Shown in pieces: positions 38,335 to 47,612 of a stretch of DNA of 64,000 nucleotides. Position numbers and translations under genes: made by a program. The notes below the pieces were generated by a model. The model was not told the origin of the DNA and did no database searches. It worked only from the letters and a program-made list of their open reading frames with translations. The first letter of the stretch is position 1. Every line of letters begins with the position of its first letter. The DNA comes from Polyangiaceae bacterium (GTDB taxonomy: Bacteria > Myxococcota_A > Polyangia > Polyangiales > Polyangiaceae): contig JBILLK010000016.1 in assembly GCA_044376115.1 (NCBI GenBank), forward strand, positions 96,001-160,000, written 5' to 3'.

Positions 38335-38496
38335 ATGCGCGACATCATTAAGCTCACTTGTGCCACCTGCAGCCGTGCGAACTATCACACGACCAAGAAC
38401 AAGCGGACGATGACGGAGAAGTTCGCCATCAAGAAGTTCTGCCCTGCGTGCCGAAAGCACCTGGAGCACAAAGAAGGCAAGATCTCGCGCGGTTGA
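38335..38496 (+). CDS. rpmG: 50S ribosomal protein L33, zinc-ribbon form
   Basis: Absent from ORF track; manual translation [60 protein letters not shown]; two CxxC. Confidence 0.96.
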   Translation: MRDIIKLTCATCSRANYHTTKNKRTMTEKFAIKKFCPACRKHLEHKEGKISRG

Positions 38497-38594
38497 TGGC
38501 CGGCTCCCGGCTGGGTTGCAGTCGCCAATGACTCGCGCCGAGTCGAAGGTCCAGGGCAGTTGCCGCTACGCCTTCACTCGAGTCGCGAGCCCTT

Positions 38595-38622
38595 CCGCCC
38601 GGGTCTCCCGGGCGGCTTTTTT
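38595..38622 (+). terminator. Intrinsic terminator downstream of rpmG
   Basis: CCGCCCGGG-TCT-CCCGGGCGG followed by CTTTTTT. Confidence 0.8.
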
Positions 38623-38757
38623 GCCGCAGGGGCCAAGCCGTGCCATCCTGTGCATTCGTTAGCGACCCGCATTCGATTAGGGGGTCGCACGTTTTGGGCT
38701 TGGTGATGTGCGGAGTTCGCGAGGGCGCGGTTCGTGCGGGCCAATCCTCATCGGTGA

Positions 38758-39795
<1,038 letters not shown>

Positions 39796-40011
39796 TTGGG
39801 GTTACGTTGGGGCAACCCAACCGCCAAGCTACTGATGATTCTGTTCACCTTCGGTGGAATAGCCGGCCCAGGGACTGTGTTCTCTTGGGCCGTCCGGCTA
39901 TTTCTGCGCTAAGAAAGGTCTCCCAAATCGTCGGGCCTACGGCTCTTTTGTCGGTGAGGGCCTAAGTCGTCGTTCGTTTGCATCCATCCCCTGGGTGGAA
40001 TTGGGAGTTGA

Positions 40012-40875
40012 GTGAATTTCAAGAGGTACCGCGATTGGCTGATCGTCGTGCTCTCCCTCGCGGTGCCTTTCTGGTTTTTGCGAGCGAGCATGAAGGATCC
40101 AAAGCAGGCCACGGGAGCCGACCGTGTACTCGTGCAGATCGCAGCACCGATTCAAACCGCCACCGCCATTCTCGCCCGCGGTCTCTCTCATCTCTGGAGC
40201 GACTACGTCTATCTGGTCGACGTCAAGGCTGACAATTCAACGCTTGTCTCCGACAACGCTCGGCTGCGCGAGCGCACGCGTGAGCTCGAGTCGCTGGAGA
40301 CGGAGAATCGGCGGCTGCGTCGGCTGCTCGATCTCAAGAACAGCGTGCAAGACGACGTCGTGACCGCGCAGGTCGTCGGAAAGACCACGAACGAATTTTT
40401 CCGGATGATGCGGGTGACGCTGGATCGGTCGAGCCCAGCGATCGTGCCGAATCTGCCAGTGCTTGCGCCCGACGGCGTGGTCGGAACGACGCTCAAAGTC
40501 GCAGGCGACACGGTGGATGTGCGCTTGGTCGCCGATGCAGGCGCCGGTGTCGACGTGATCGTTCAGCGCACCGAGGCCCGCGGCTTCGTGCGTGGGACCG
40601 GAGACGAGCGCGCCTATTCGTGCAACGTCGAGTACCTCAAGCGCACCGACGAGGTCGACATCGGGGATGTGCTGGTAACGAGTGGCGTTGGTCTACGCTT
40701 CCCCAAAGGGATCCCGGTATGCACCGTGACCAAGGTGACGAAGCGCGATTTCGGCGTTTACCAACAAGTCGGTTGTGCGCCCACCGTGGACTTCTCACGG
40801 CTCGATGAGGTGTTGGTCGTGCTCGGAGCCCGCGACGTCATCCCACCGCCCCCCAAGAATTCGAAAGAGCCCTGA
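40012..40875 (+). CDS. mreC: Rod shape-determining protein MreC
   Basis: TM, coiled coil EN.RLR.LL, GDVLVTSG....FPKGIPV; operon position. Confidence 0.93.
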   Translation: MNFKRYRDWLIVVLSLAVPFWFLRASMKDPKQATGADRVLVQIAAPIQTATAILARGLSHLWSDYVYLVDVKADNSTLVSDNARLRERTRELESLETENRRLRRLLDLKNSVQDDVVTAQVVGKTTNEFFRMMRVTLDRSSPAIVPNLPVLAPDGVVGTTLKVAGDTVDVRLVADAGAGVDVIVQRTEARGFVRGTGDERAYSCNVEYLKRTDEVDIGDVLVTSGVGLRFPKGIPVCTVTKVTKRDFGVYQQVGCAPTVDFSRLDEVLVVLGARDVIPPPPKNSKEP

Positions 40876-41402
40876 TGAGGAACTCGGCCTTCCTCGCGCT
40901 TGGTTTTGCGGTGCTGATCCTGCAGAGCATCTTGTTTCGCCTGCTCGATCTGCTCCACCCCGCGCTTGCGACGCCGAGTCTGTTGCTTCCGCTCGTGGTC
41001 TTCATGGGCGTGCACGAGTACTCAATCGGACGGGGAGCGGCGTTGGCCTTCGTTCTGGGCTACATGCTTGACGTGTTTGTCGCAGGACCTCTCGGCCTGT
41101 TCACCTTCATTTCGGCGGCGGCCTTTGTCGTGGCGCGTTTCGCGGGGGTGAGGCTGGCGGCCCAGACGCTGCTGACGAAGATCGCGTTGGCGTTCGTGTT
41201 CGCCTTGCTCGAAGGGGTGTTGGTGGTGGTCTTCACCGCGATCGTTGGAGATGACCCCTTCCGAGCTCGCGCAACGGCAGCGTTGATCCCAGCGCACGCT
41301 GCCACCACGGCAGCCTTTGCTCCCTTTGTTTTTCGGTTGGCCGAGCGCGTGCACGCAGCCACCATTGCCTCCCCACTGCCACCTGAAACTGGAAGGAGCT
41401 AG
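40875..41402 (+). CDS. mreD: Rod shape-determining protein MreD
   Basis: Small polytopic membrane protein (GY..D...G...G) between mreC and mrdA. Confidence 0.82.
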   Translation: MRNSAFLALGFAVLILQSILFRLLDLLHPALATPSLLLPLVVFMGVHEYSIGRGAALAFVLGYMLDVFVAGPLGLFTFISAAAFVVARFAGVRLAAQTLLTKIALAFVFALLEGVLVVVFTAIVGDDPFRARATAALIPAHAATTAAFAPFVFRLAERVHAATIASPLPPETGRS

Positions 41403-41404
41403 CC

Positions 41405-43351
41405 GTGAACCTCTTCATGCAGCGCTCCGACACGACCGAGTTCCGAAAGCGATTTCGCTGGGTCGGCGTCGTGTTCTTTCTGGGGTTCATGGTGCTGATT
41501 GGGCGCTTGTTCCAGCTCCAGGTGCTGGAGGGGGATGAGTTCCACTCGATCGCCGTCGAGAACATCGTGCGCAGGGTCACGCTGGCCACCACCCGTGGGC
41601 GCATCGTTGACCGCTATGGCCGCATCCTCTCGGACAGCCGCGACTCGTACAACCTCTACGTCGTGCCGCAGAAGCTCGACATGGTGAGCACCTGGCCCAA
41701 ACTCGCGGGCCACTTGGGCCTGCAGGAAGAAGAGCGCATTCGGCTCGAGACGAAGCTGCTGCGCATTCGCGAGGACCCGGAAGATCCGCGCCGAGAACAG
41801 CAGATCCTGTTGAAGGAGGACATCTCGTGGGAGTCCTTCGTCATTCTCAACCAACAAGCGCAGGAGCTCCCGGGCGTCGCGGTGGTCGCGGTCCAGGTTC
41901 GCTACTACCCCTACGGCTCGGCTGGCGCGCACGTGCTCGGTTACATGGCCGAGGTCTCGGCGGAGACTCTGCCCAAGTTGAAGTCGGCCGGTTATCTGGA
42001 AGGCGACCGCTTGGGCGTCGCCGGCACGGAGCGAGCTTGGGAGAACTACCTGCGCGGCACCCGCGGCTGGGAGAAGGTGCTCGTGGACGCGCGCGGCCGC
42101 CGCAAGCGTGATGACCCGGGCAGTGTGATCGAGGCCTCCGAACAACGAACCGATCCGATCCCCGGCCGCGATTTGCGGCTCACGCTCGATGCTGAGCTGC
42201 AGGTCGCGATCGAAGCGGCCTTTCGCGGGGAGTTGGCCGGTGGCGTCGCTGTCGTCGAGGTGAAGACGGGCCGCATCATCGGGCTGCATTCCAAGCCCAG
42301 CTTCGACCCGGCCGCGCTCTCGGGCGCTTTTGGTCGCGTGGTGCTGCGCGACGCCTTCCGCAAACTCTACAATGACCCGCTCAAGCCTGCGCTCGACAAG
42401 ACCGTCAGCGGCTCCTACCCGCCTGGTTCGACGTTCAAGCCCTTCACTGCCTTGGCGGCGCTCGAAAAGGGCTTCGTGAGTGCGGCCGCGAGCGTTCAGT
42501 GTCGCGGCTTCACCAAGTTCGGACGCAAGACCTTCGGCTGCACCCACGTGCACGGCGCAACCAACCTGCATCGTGCGATCGGTCAGAGCTGCAACGTCTA
42601 CTTTTGGAGCTTGGTGACCCAGAACCAGGTCGGGATGGACGCGATCGCCGAGATGGGCCAGGAGTTTGGCTTCGGCCAGAAAACGGGGCTGGGCATCAAC
42701 TCCGAGGCCTCCGGTCGTATGCCCACCAAGGCCTGGATGACCTACCGCAACAAGGGCCGCTACGTGGAAGGCTTCGCGCTCAACGCAGCCATCGGGCAGG
42801 GCGCAACCACCGTGAGCGTGTTGCAGTTGGCCCTCGCTTATGCGGCTCTCGCTAACGGCGGAACGCTGCACCAACCGCAGCTCGTGCGCGCGGTGGAGAC
42901 CTCCAACGGCACCGTGGTGCAAGAGTTCTCGCCTCGTGTAAGGCGGCAGCTCAAGGTGGATTCGGAGCACCTTCGGCTCGTTCAGAAGGCGCTGGTTGCA
43001 GGTGTGAATGAAGAAGGTGGTACGGCCTTTCGCGCTCGTATCGAGGGCGTCGATCTAGCCGGCAAGACCGGCACCGCGCAGGTCGGCCACAAGCTCGTGC
43101 GCGGTATCGAGGCTGAGCGCGTCGACTACTTCAACCGCGATCACGCTTGGTTCGCGGGCTACTCGCCGTCCAACTCGCCAGAGGTAGCGATCGTCGTGCT
43201 GGTCGAGCACGGCGGCGCTGGTGGTCGCCACGCCGCTCCCATCGCCTTCCGCGTGATTCGAGCGATGAACGAGAATGCGGCTGCGCGCGCCGGTAAGGCC
43301 AAGGACCGTACGCCTGCGGGGCGCCCGAATGACAAGGGGAGGGCACCATGA
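41405..43351 (+). CDS. mrdA: Penicillin-binding protein 2
   Basis: RG.I.DR.G, YPPGSTFK (SxxK), SCN (SxN), GKTGTAQ, DHAWF. Confidence 0.96.
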   Translation: MNLFMQRSDTTEFRKRFRWVGVVFFLGFMVLIGRLFQLQVLEGDEFHSIAVENIVRRVTLATTRGRIVDRYGRILSDSRDSYNLYVVPQKLDMVSTWPKLAGHLGLQEEERIRLETKLLRIREDPEDPRREQQILLKEDISWESFVILNQQAQELPGVAVVAVQVRYYPYGSAGAHVLGYMAEVSAETLPKLKSAGYLEGDRLGVAGTERAWENYLRGTRGWEKVLVDARGRRKRDDPGSVIEASEQRTDPIPGRDLRLTLDAELQVAIEAAFRGELAGGVAVVEVKTGRIIGLHSKPSFDPAALSGAFGRVVLRDAFRKLYNDPLKPALDKTVSGSYPPGSTFKPFTALAALEKGFVSAAASVQCRGFTKFGRKTFGCTHVHGATNLHRAIGQSCNVYFWSLVTQNQVGMDAIAEMGQEFGFGQKTGLGINSEASGRMPTKAWMTYRNKGRYVEGFALNAAIGQGATTVSVLQLALAYAALANGGTLHQPQLVRAVETSNGTVVQEFSPRVRRQLKVDSEHLRLVQKALVAGVNEEGGTAFRARIEGVDLAGKTGTAQVGHKLVRGIEAERVDYFNRDHAWFAGYSPSNSPEVAIVVLVEHGGAGGRHAAPIAFRVIRAMNENAAARAGKAKDRTPAGRPNDKGRAP

Positions 43352-44469
43352 TTCGCCAAACCGAGGGGCTCTCCTCCCGCTTTGACTGGCCGCTGTTCAT
43401 CGCTGCGGCGCTGATCGCCTTGATCGGCGTGGTCAATCTCTACTCGGCCACCAGCGTCTACCAAGGTGGCATCGCCGACCGCTACGTGAGCCAGCTGTAT
43501 TGGCTCTTGGGCGCCGGCGTCGTTGGCGCGATCGTGTGCGCCTTCGACTACCGCCATATCGAGCGTTATGCGTACGTGATCTACGGCGTCGGCATCTTCG
43601 CGCTGATGATCGTGCTCGTACTGGCTCGCGATGTGCGCGGTTCTTCACGCTGGATTGAGTTCGGCTCGTTCAGGTTTCAGCCGAGTGAATTCACCAAGTT
43701 GTGCCTAATCATCGCGCTGGCCAAGTTCCTCCACGATGACCCAAAGAATGAAGGCCGGCGCCTGATTGATCTGGCGATCCCCGCCGTCATCACCTTGGTG
43801 CCGTTCATCCTGATCATGCGCCAGCCGGATCTCGGGACAGCGCTCGTGCACCTGTTCGTCTTCCTGACGGTATGCCTCGTAACCAAGGTCAGCCTCAAGA
43901 GCATCGCTGGCTTTGGTCTCACCGCCGGGCTTGGTGCCTACTTGGCGTATCACTTCGTTTTGCTCGACTACCAACGGACGCGCATCGAGGTGTTCCTGAA
44001 TCCCGAGGCCGACATTCTCGGCAAGGGCTGGCACGCGCATCACGCCAAGGTCGCCATCGGCAACGGTCAGGTGACCGGTAACGGCTACCTCAAGGGAATG
44101 CAGAACCAGTTCCACTTCATCCCCGACCAATCCACCGATTTCCCGTTCCCAGTCTTTGCTGAGGAATGGGGCTTCATCGGCGGCGTCGTACTGATCCTGC
44201 TCTACCTGTTTCTATGTCTGTGGTCGATCCGCATCGCGTCGCAGGCGCGCGACCGGTTCGGAGTGATTCTGGCCGTCGGCATCACGGCGATGATCTTCTG
44301 GCACGCGATCATCAACATCGGCATGACTGCCGGTGTACTGCCGGTCGTCGGCGTGACCTTACCGCTTTTCTCCTACGGTGGAAGTAGCGTGTCCAACAAC
44401 GTGCTTGGTCTTTCGCTGCTCATGAGCGTCTCGATGCGACGGAACATGGTCCGCCCGGATCGCTTCTGA
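43348..44469 (+). CDS. rodA: SEDS glycosyltransferase RodA
   Basis: RWI..G..RFQPSEF.K, QPDLGT, TDF.F....EEWGF, G.TLP.FSYGGSS. Confidence 0.96.
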   Translation: MIRQTEGLSSRFDWPLFIAAALIALIGVVNLYSATSVYQGGIADRYVSQLYWLLGAGVVGAIVCAFDYRHIERYAYVIYGVGIFALMIVLVLARDVRGSSRWIEFGSFRFQPSEFTKLCLIIALAKFLHDDPKNEGRRLIDLAIPAVITLVPFILIMRQPDLGTALVHLFVFLTVCLVTKVSLKSIAGFGLTAGLGAYLAYHFVLLDYQRTRIEVFLNPEADILGKGWHAHHAKVAIGNGQVTGNGYLKGMQNQFHFIPDQSTDFPFPVFAEEWGFIGGVVLILLYLFLCLWSIRIASQARDRFGVILAVGITAMIFWHAIINIGMTAGVLPVVGVTLPLFSYGGSSVSNNVLGLSLLMSVSMRRNMVRPDRF

Positions 44470-45349
44470 ACTCAGCACGGAGGCGGTCGGGCAGGGGGCT
44501 CGTCATCGCCAGCGCGATCGAAAGAATGGACAGCGCCATCAACACGAAGGCGAACACGCGCGTGATCGTCGACTCGTGAAAGCCACGTTTGCCGGTGAAC
44601 CAGCCAAAGACCACTCCCGCTGCGAGCCCTCCGAGATGGGCGCCGTTGTTGATGGAGAACCCAGCGTTGGCCGCGTTGACCATGAAGCCAAACATCACCG
44701 CGTAGGCGACTCCGCGCCAAGCGAAGCTCTTCCAGCGCGGGTCTTTGCGGCGAAGTAACACGCCGAGAATCAGCCCGAGCAAGCCGAAGATCCCCCCGCT
44801 CGCACCCATGGTCTGCACCGGCGGCCAATGAAAGAGCTTCACCGTCGCTACGTTGACCGCAAAGCCGAACGCGCCGGACAGCACGAACGCGACGATCACC
44901 CGATAGGGGCCGACGAAGCGGCCACCCATACGAATCAGGTCACCGAGCCCCAACATGTTCATGCCGAAGTGAACCAGGCCGTAGTGCGCAAACACGGCAG
45001 AAACCAAGCGCAGCGGCTCTTGCGACACGATGCTGGTGGAGAACGCCCCAAGCTTGAAGGCGTTCACGGTGCCGCCCGCGGAGAACAACGGAAAGCCAAA
45101 GCCGCTGCGCAACGAAAGCATCACCTGCAAACCAAACACGACCGAACAAAGCCCGCCGATGAAGAGCAAGGCGAAGTGGGCGGCCTCTCGCTCCTCGGTC
45201 TCGTCGGCATCGCGCGGTGCCCCGCTGCGGCCTACCTTGGCTCTTTGGGTGGGGGCATTGGCACCAATCGCCGCGCCACATCGAATACAACGGTCGAAGG
45301 CTGCGTCATTCAAGGCGCCGCAAGCGCAGCGAACCTCAGGCAAACTCAT
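44420..45349 (-). CDS. Rhomboid intramembrane serine protease with N-terminal Cys4 zinc-ribbon-like segment
   Basis: CACG.LN.....CIRCG; H....H...N; GASG; AHLGG. Confidence 0.9.
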   Translation of the reverse strand: MSLPEVRCACGALNDAAFDRCIRCGAAIGANAPTQRAKVGRSGAPRDADETEEREAAHFALLFIGGLCSVVFGLQVMLSLRSGFGFPLFSAGGTVNAFKLGAFSTSIVSQEPLRLVSAVFAHYGLVHFGMNMLGLGDLIRMGGRFVGPYRVIVAFVLSGAFGFAVNVATVKLFHWPPVQTMGASGGIFGLLGLILGVLLRRKDPRWKSFAWRGVAYAVMFGFMVNAANAGFSINNGAHLGGLAAGVVFGWFTGKRGFHESTITRVFAFVLMALSILSIALAMTSPLPDRLRAEFRSDPGGPCSVASRRS

Positions 45350-45609
45350 GCGGCTGTGTAGCACCGCTCGCGCTCGTTGGGGCCCGGGGGTTGTCAGCCG
45401 GCCGCGATCAAGTGAGTGCGACGAGCGTAAGGTTGCGCCCGGGCGCCCGTTCTTGGGAGGTGACGTACGAACTGCCCCATTCGGCTCGCGCGGCGAGAGA
45501 CTGGTCGAAAGGCCAGCCGAGCGCCCGTGTCGTTGCGGGGCGGCCTCGGCGAGTTGGCCGCAGCCACCCGCGGTTGGCTGTTTTTGAGCAAGCGGCGCTG
45601 CGGGCGGCT

Positions 45610-46239
45610 ATGGTGCCTTTCGTGGTTTCGCCCCGCCTTCCGCCCGAGGACGAACGTCGCCTTTGCGAGGCGGCAAAGTCCGGAGATCGCACGGCGCTTG
45701 GCGTGCTGTTGCGAAACTACGGGCCGATCCTCTATCGCGCCGTGTTGCTGCCGAGGCTCGGTAGTGAGGCGGTTGCACAGGACGCTTTGGCCGAGACCTA
45801 CGCTCGCGTGGTGGAGCGGTTCTCTCAGTTCACCTGGCAGGATTGCGGCGTTTATCCTTGGTTGCGCGTGGTCGCTCTGCGCATCGCACTCGATATCCTG
45901 CGCTCCAAGAAGCGGGAGACCCTGTTCCAGCCAGAGGATCTTGCGCGTGAAATCGAGCGCTCGGAGTCGGGCATGGCCAGCTCTCCCGACGTCGAGGTGT
46001 TGGCAGCGCGCGACCTCGAATCGTCGAAGGCTCGCGTCGAGGCGGCCCTCAGCAAGCTAAACCCTCGCTACGAACGGGCGATTCGAATGCGCGTGATCGA
46101 GGAGCGCCCGCGTGAAGAGGTTGCGCGCGAGCTTGGCGTTTCAGTGAGTACGTTCGACGTGGTGTTGCACCGCGCGCTCACGGCCCTCAAGAAGGCTGTA
46201 GCCGTAGATGCAGCGCCCGGAGAGGAGGCCAGTTCATGA
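45610..46239 (+). CDS. ECF RNA polymerase sigma factor
   Basis: Region 2 (AQD...ET......WL..VA.RIALD.LR) and region 4 (EVA.ELGVS..T....LHRA); start uncertain, ORF-track extension to 45217 unlikely. Confidence 0.88.
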   Translation: MVPFVVSPRLPPEDERRLCEAAKSGDRTALGVLLRNYGPILYRAVLLPRLGSEAVAQDALAETYARVVERFSQFTWQDCGVYPWLRVVALRIALDILRSKKRETLFQPEDLAREIERSESGMASSPDVEVLAARDLESSKARVEAALSKLNPRYERAIRMRVIEERPREEVARELGVSVSTFDVVLHRALTALKKAVAVDAAPGEEASS

Positions 46240-46931
46240 GCGCCCGAGACAACGACGAAAGCCCGCAATTCGATGAGCAGGCCGAGGCCCTCGAGGCCGA
46301 GCTTGCCGAGAGCGCAGGCGATGATGGTGCCCTGATCGAAGCGCTTGCGCTGGCTCTGCGTCCCACAGAATTGTCGGCCGCCGTACACGACGAAATCCTC
46401 GCGCGCGTCCTGGCCGAGCCGAAGGCTCTCACTTCGCCGGAGCTAGCTGCGCTGCCGGAGCCCGACGCCAGCCCGCAGGAACAGCGTGAGGCCGTACGCC
46501 TGCGCGAAGCGCTCGCCGGCGCTGATGAGACGCACCCGCTGGTCGTGCTCGCGGAGGCCACACGCAACGCCGCGCGGCCGCGTTCAATCGCTGCAGCGCA
46601 AAGCGAAGCGCGGCTGAAAGCAGCGCTCAAAGCTCCCTCGAAGGTGGTCTTCCTGCGCGCCGTCACGGTCGTCACGGTGCTCAGCGCCGCAGCCGCTGCG
46701 GCCTTGCTCTACTTCGCCAAAGCTCCGGTCGCTCCGCCCGAGGCCACGTTCGTTGCGCCCTCCGCCGCCGAGTTCCTCCCCGGGATGGCGGAATCGCGTT
46801 CCACCGCGCCGCTGTTCGCTCCCGAGGATTTCCCGCGTGAGGGAGGTCAGAGCGCGCGCATCGATCGCATTCGCAGCGCCCGCGAGGTCGATCTCAGGCA
46901 AAACCGCTTCGTCGCTTGGGGGGTGCCATGA
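46236..46931 (+). CDS. Single-pass membrane protein, putative anti-sigma factor
   Basis: ATGA-coupled to the ECF gene; helical acidic N-terminus and one TM (VTVVTVLSAAAAAALLYF). Confidence 0.6.
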   Translation: MSARDNDESPQFDEQAEALEAELAESAGDDGALIEALALALRPTELSAAVHDEILARVLAEPKALTSPELAALPEPDASPQEQREAVRLREALAGADETHPLVVLAEATRNAARPRSIAAAQSEARLKAALKAPSKVVFLRAVTVVTVLSAAAAAALLYFAKAPVAPPEATFVAPSAAEFLPGMAESRSTAPLFAPEDFPREGGQSARIDRIRSAREVDLRQNRFVAWGVP

Positions 46932-47524
46932 AAGGCTCTTCAATCGCGCTGTTGGTCTCCGCTTGTTTGCTCTGGGGTTGCGCAGACCAGCGTGAAACCC
47001 CTCGTGGTCGGACTTCTGCGGCGGCCTCGGCCAACAGCGAAAAGAGTGGCCGTGCGGCTGTATCGGAGGACCTGATGGCCTTCCTTTCCAAGGCCCGCGC
47101 AGCTCATCACAAAGCCGATCTGCAGGAAGCGAAGGAAGATCTTCCGGGAGCGATTGTAGCGGTTCGCACCATTGTCGCAGGGCCCCGCCCGAAGACAGGG
47201 CCCGAGCTACGTGAGGTGTTGGCGGACGCCCATGCGCGGCTCGCCGATCTCGAGAGCCGTGTCGGCAACTTCGATAAGGCCTTGGAGGAGGTCGCGAGCG
47301 GCCTCGAGCAAGCCCAGGAAATCACGCACTATCGCGGCCATTTGTTCGAGACCAAGGGGCTCGTGCATGAGCGCAGAATGGCCGCTTACAGCGAAGCTGG
47401 CAGCAAGGACAAAGCGGCCACGGAGCGTGAGGCAGCCTTGGTGGCCTTTGAGCAAGCGATCGCCATTCAGGATGAGGTGATCAAAACGTTGCTCCCGCCG
47501 CCTGCTCCCTCGGCCGCGCCGTGA
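46928..47524 (+). CDS. Helical/TPR-like lipoprotein
   Basis: ATGA-coupled; signal peptide with LWGC lipobox; TPR-like helices. Confidence 0.7.
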   Translation: MKGSSIALLVSACLLWGCADQRETPRGRTSAAASANSEKSGRAAVSEDLMAFLSKARAAHHKADLQEAKEDLPGAIVAVRTIVAGPRPKTGPELREVLADAHARLADLESRVGNFDKALEEVASGLEQAQEITHYRGHLFETKGLVHERRMAAYSEAGSKDKAATEREAALVAFEQAIAIQDEVIKTLLPPPAPSAAP

Positions 47525-47612
47525 GTCGCCGACTCAACGCCAAAGAGTAGCCTTTGAGGAGCGGGGTGTTAGCATCACCGCTTACCCTCGCTACGAAGGG
47601 CGCTCCCGCTTA

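Noticed and set aside
38497..38622. tRNA-Trp, SRP RNA or 6S RNA after rpmG
   Set aside because: No cloverleaf or T-loop, no SRP CAGG..GGAA..AGCAG motif, and too short for a typical 6S RNA; kept only as an unassigned structure.
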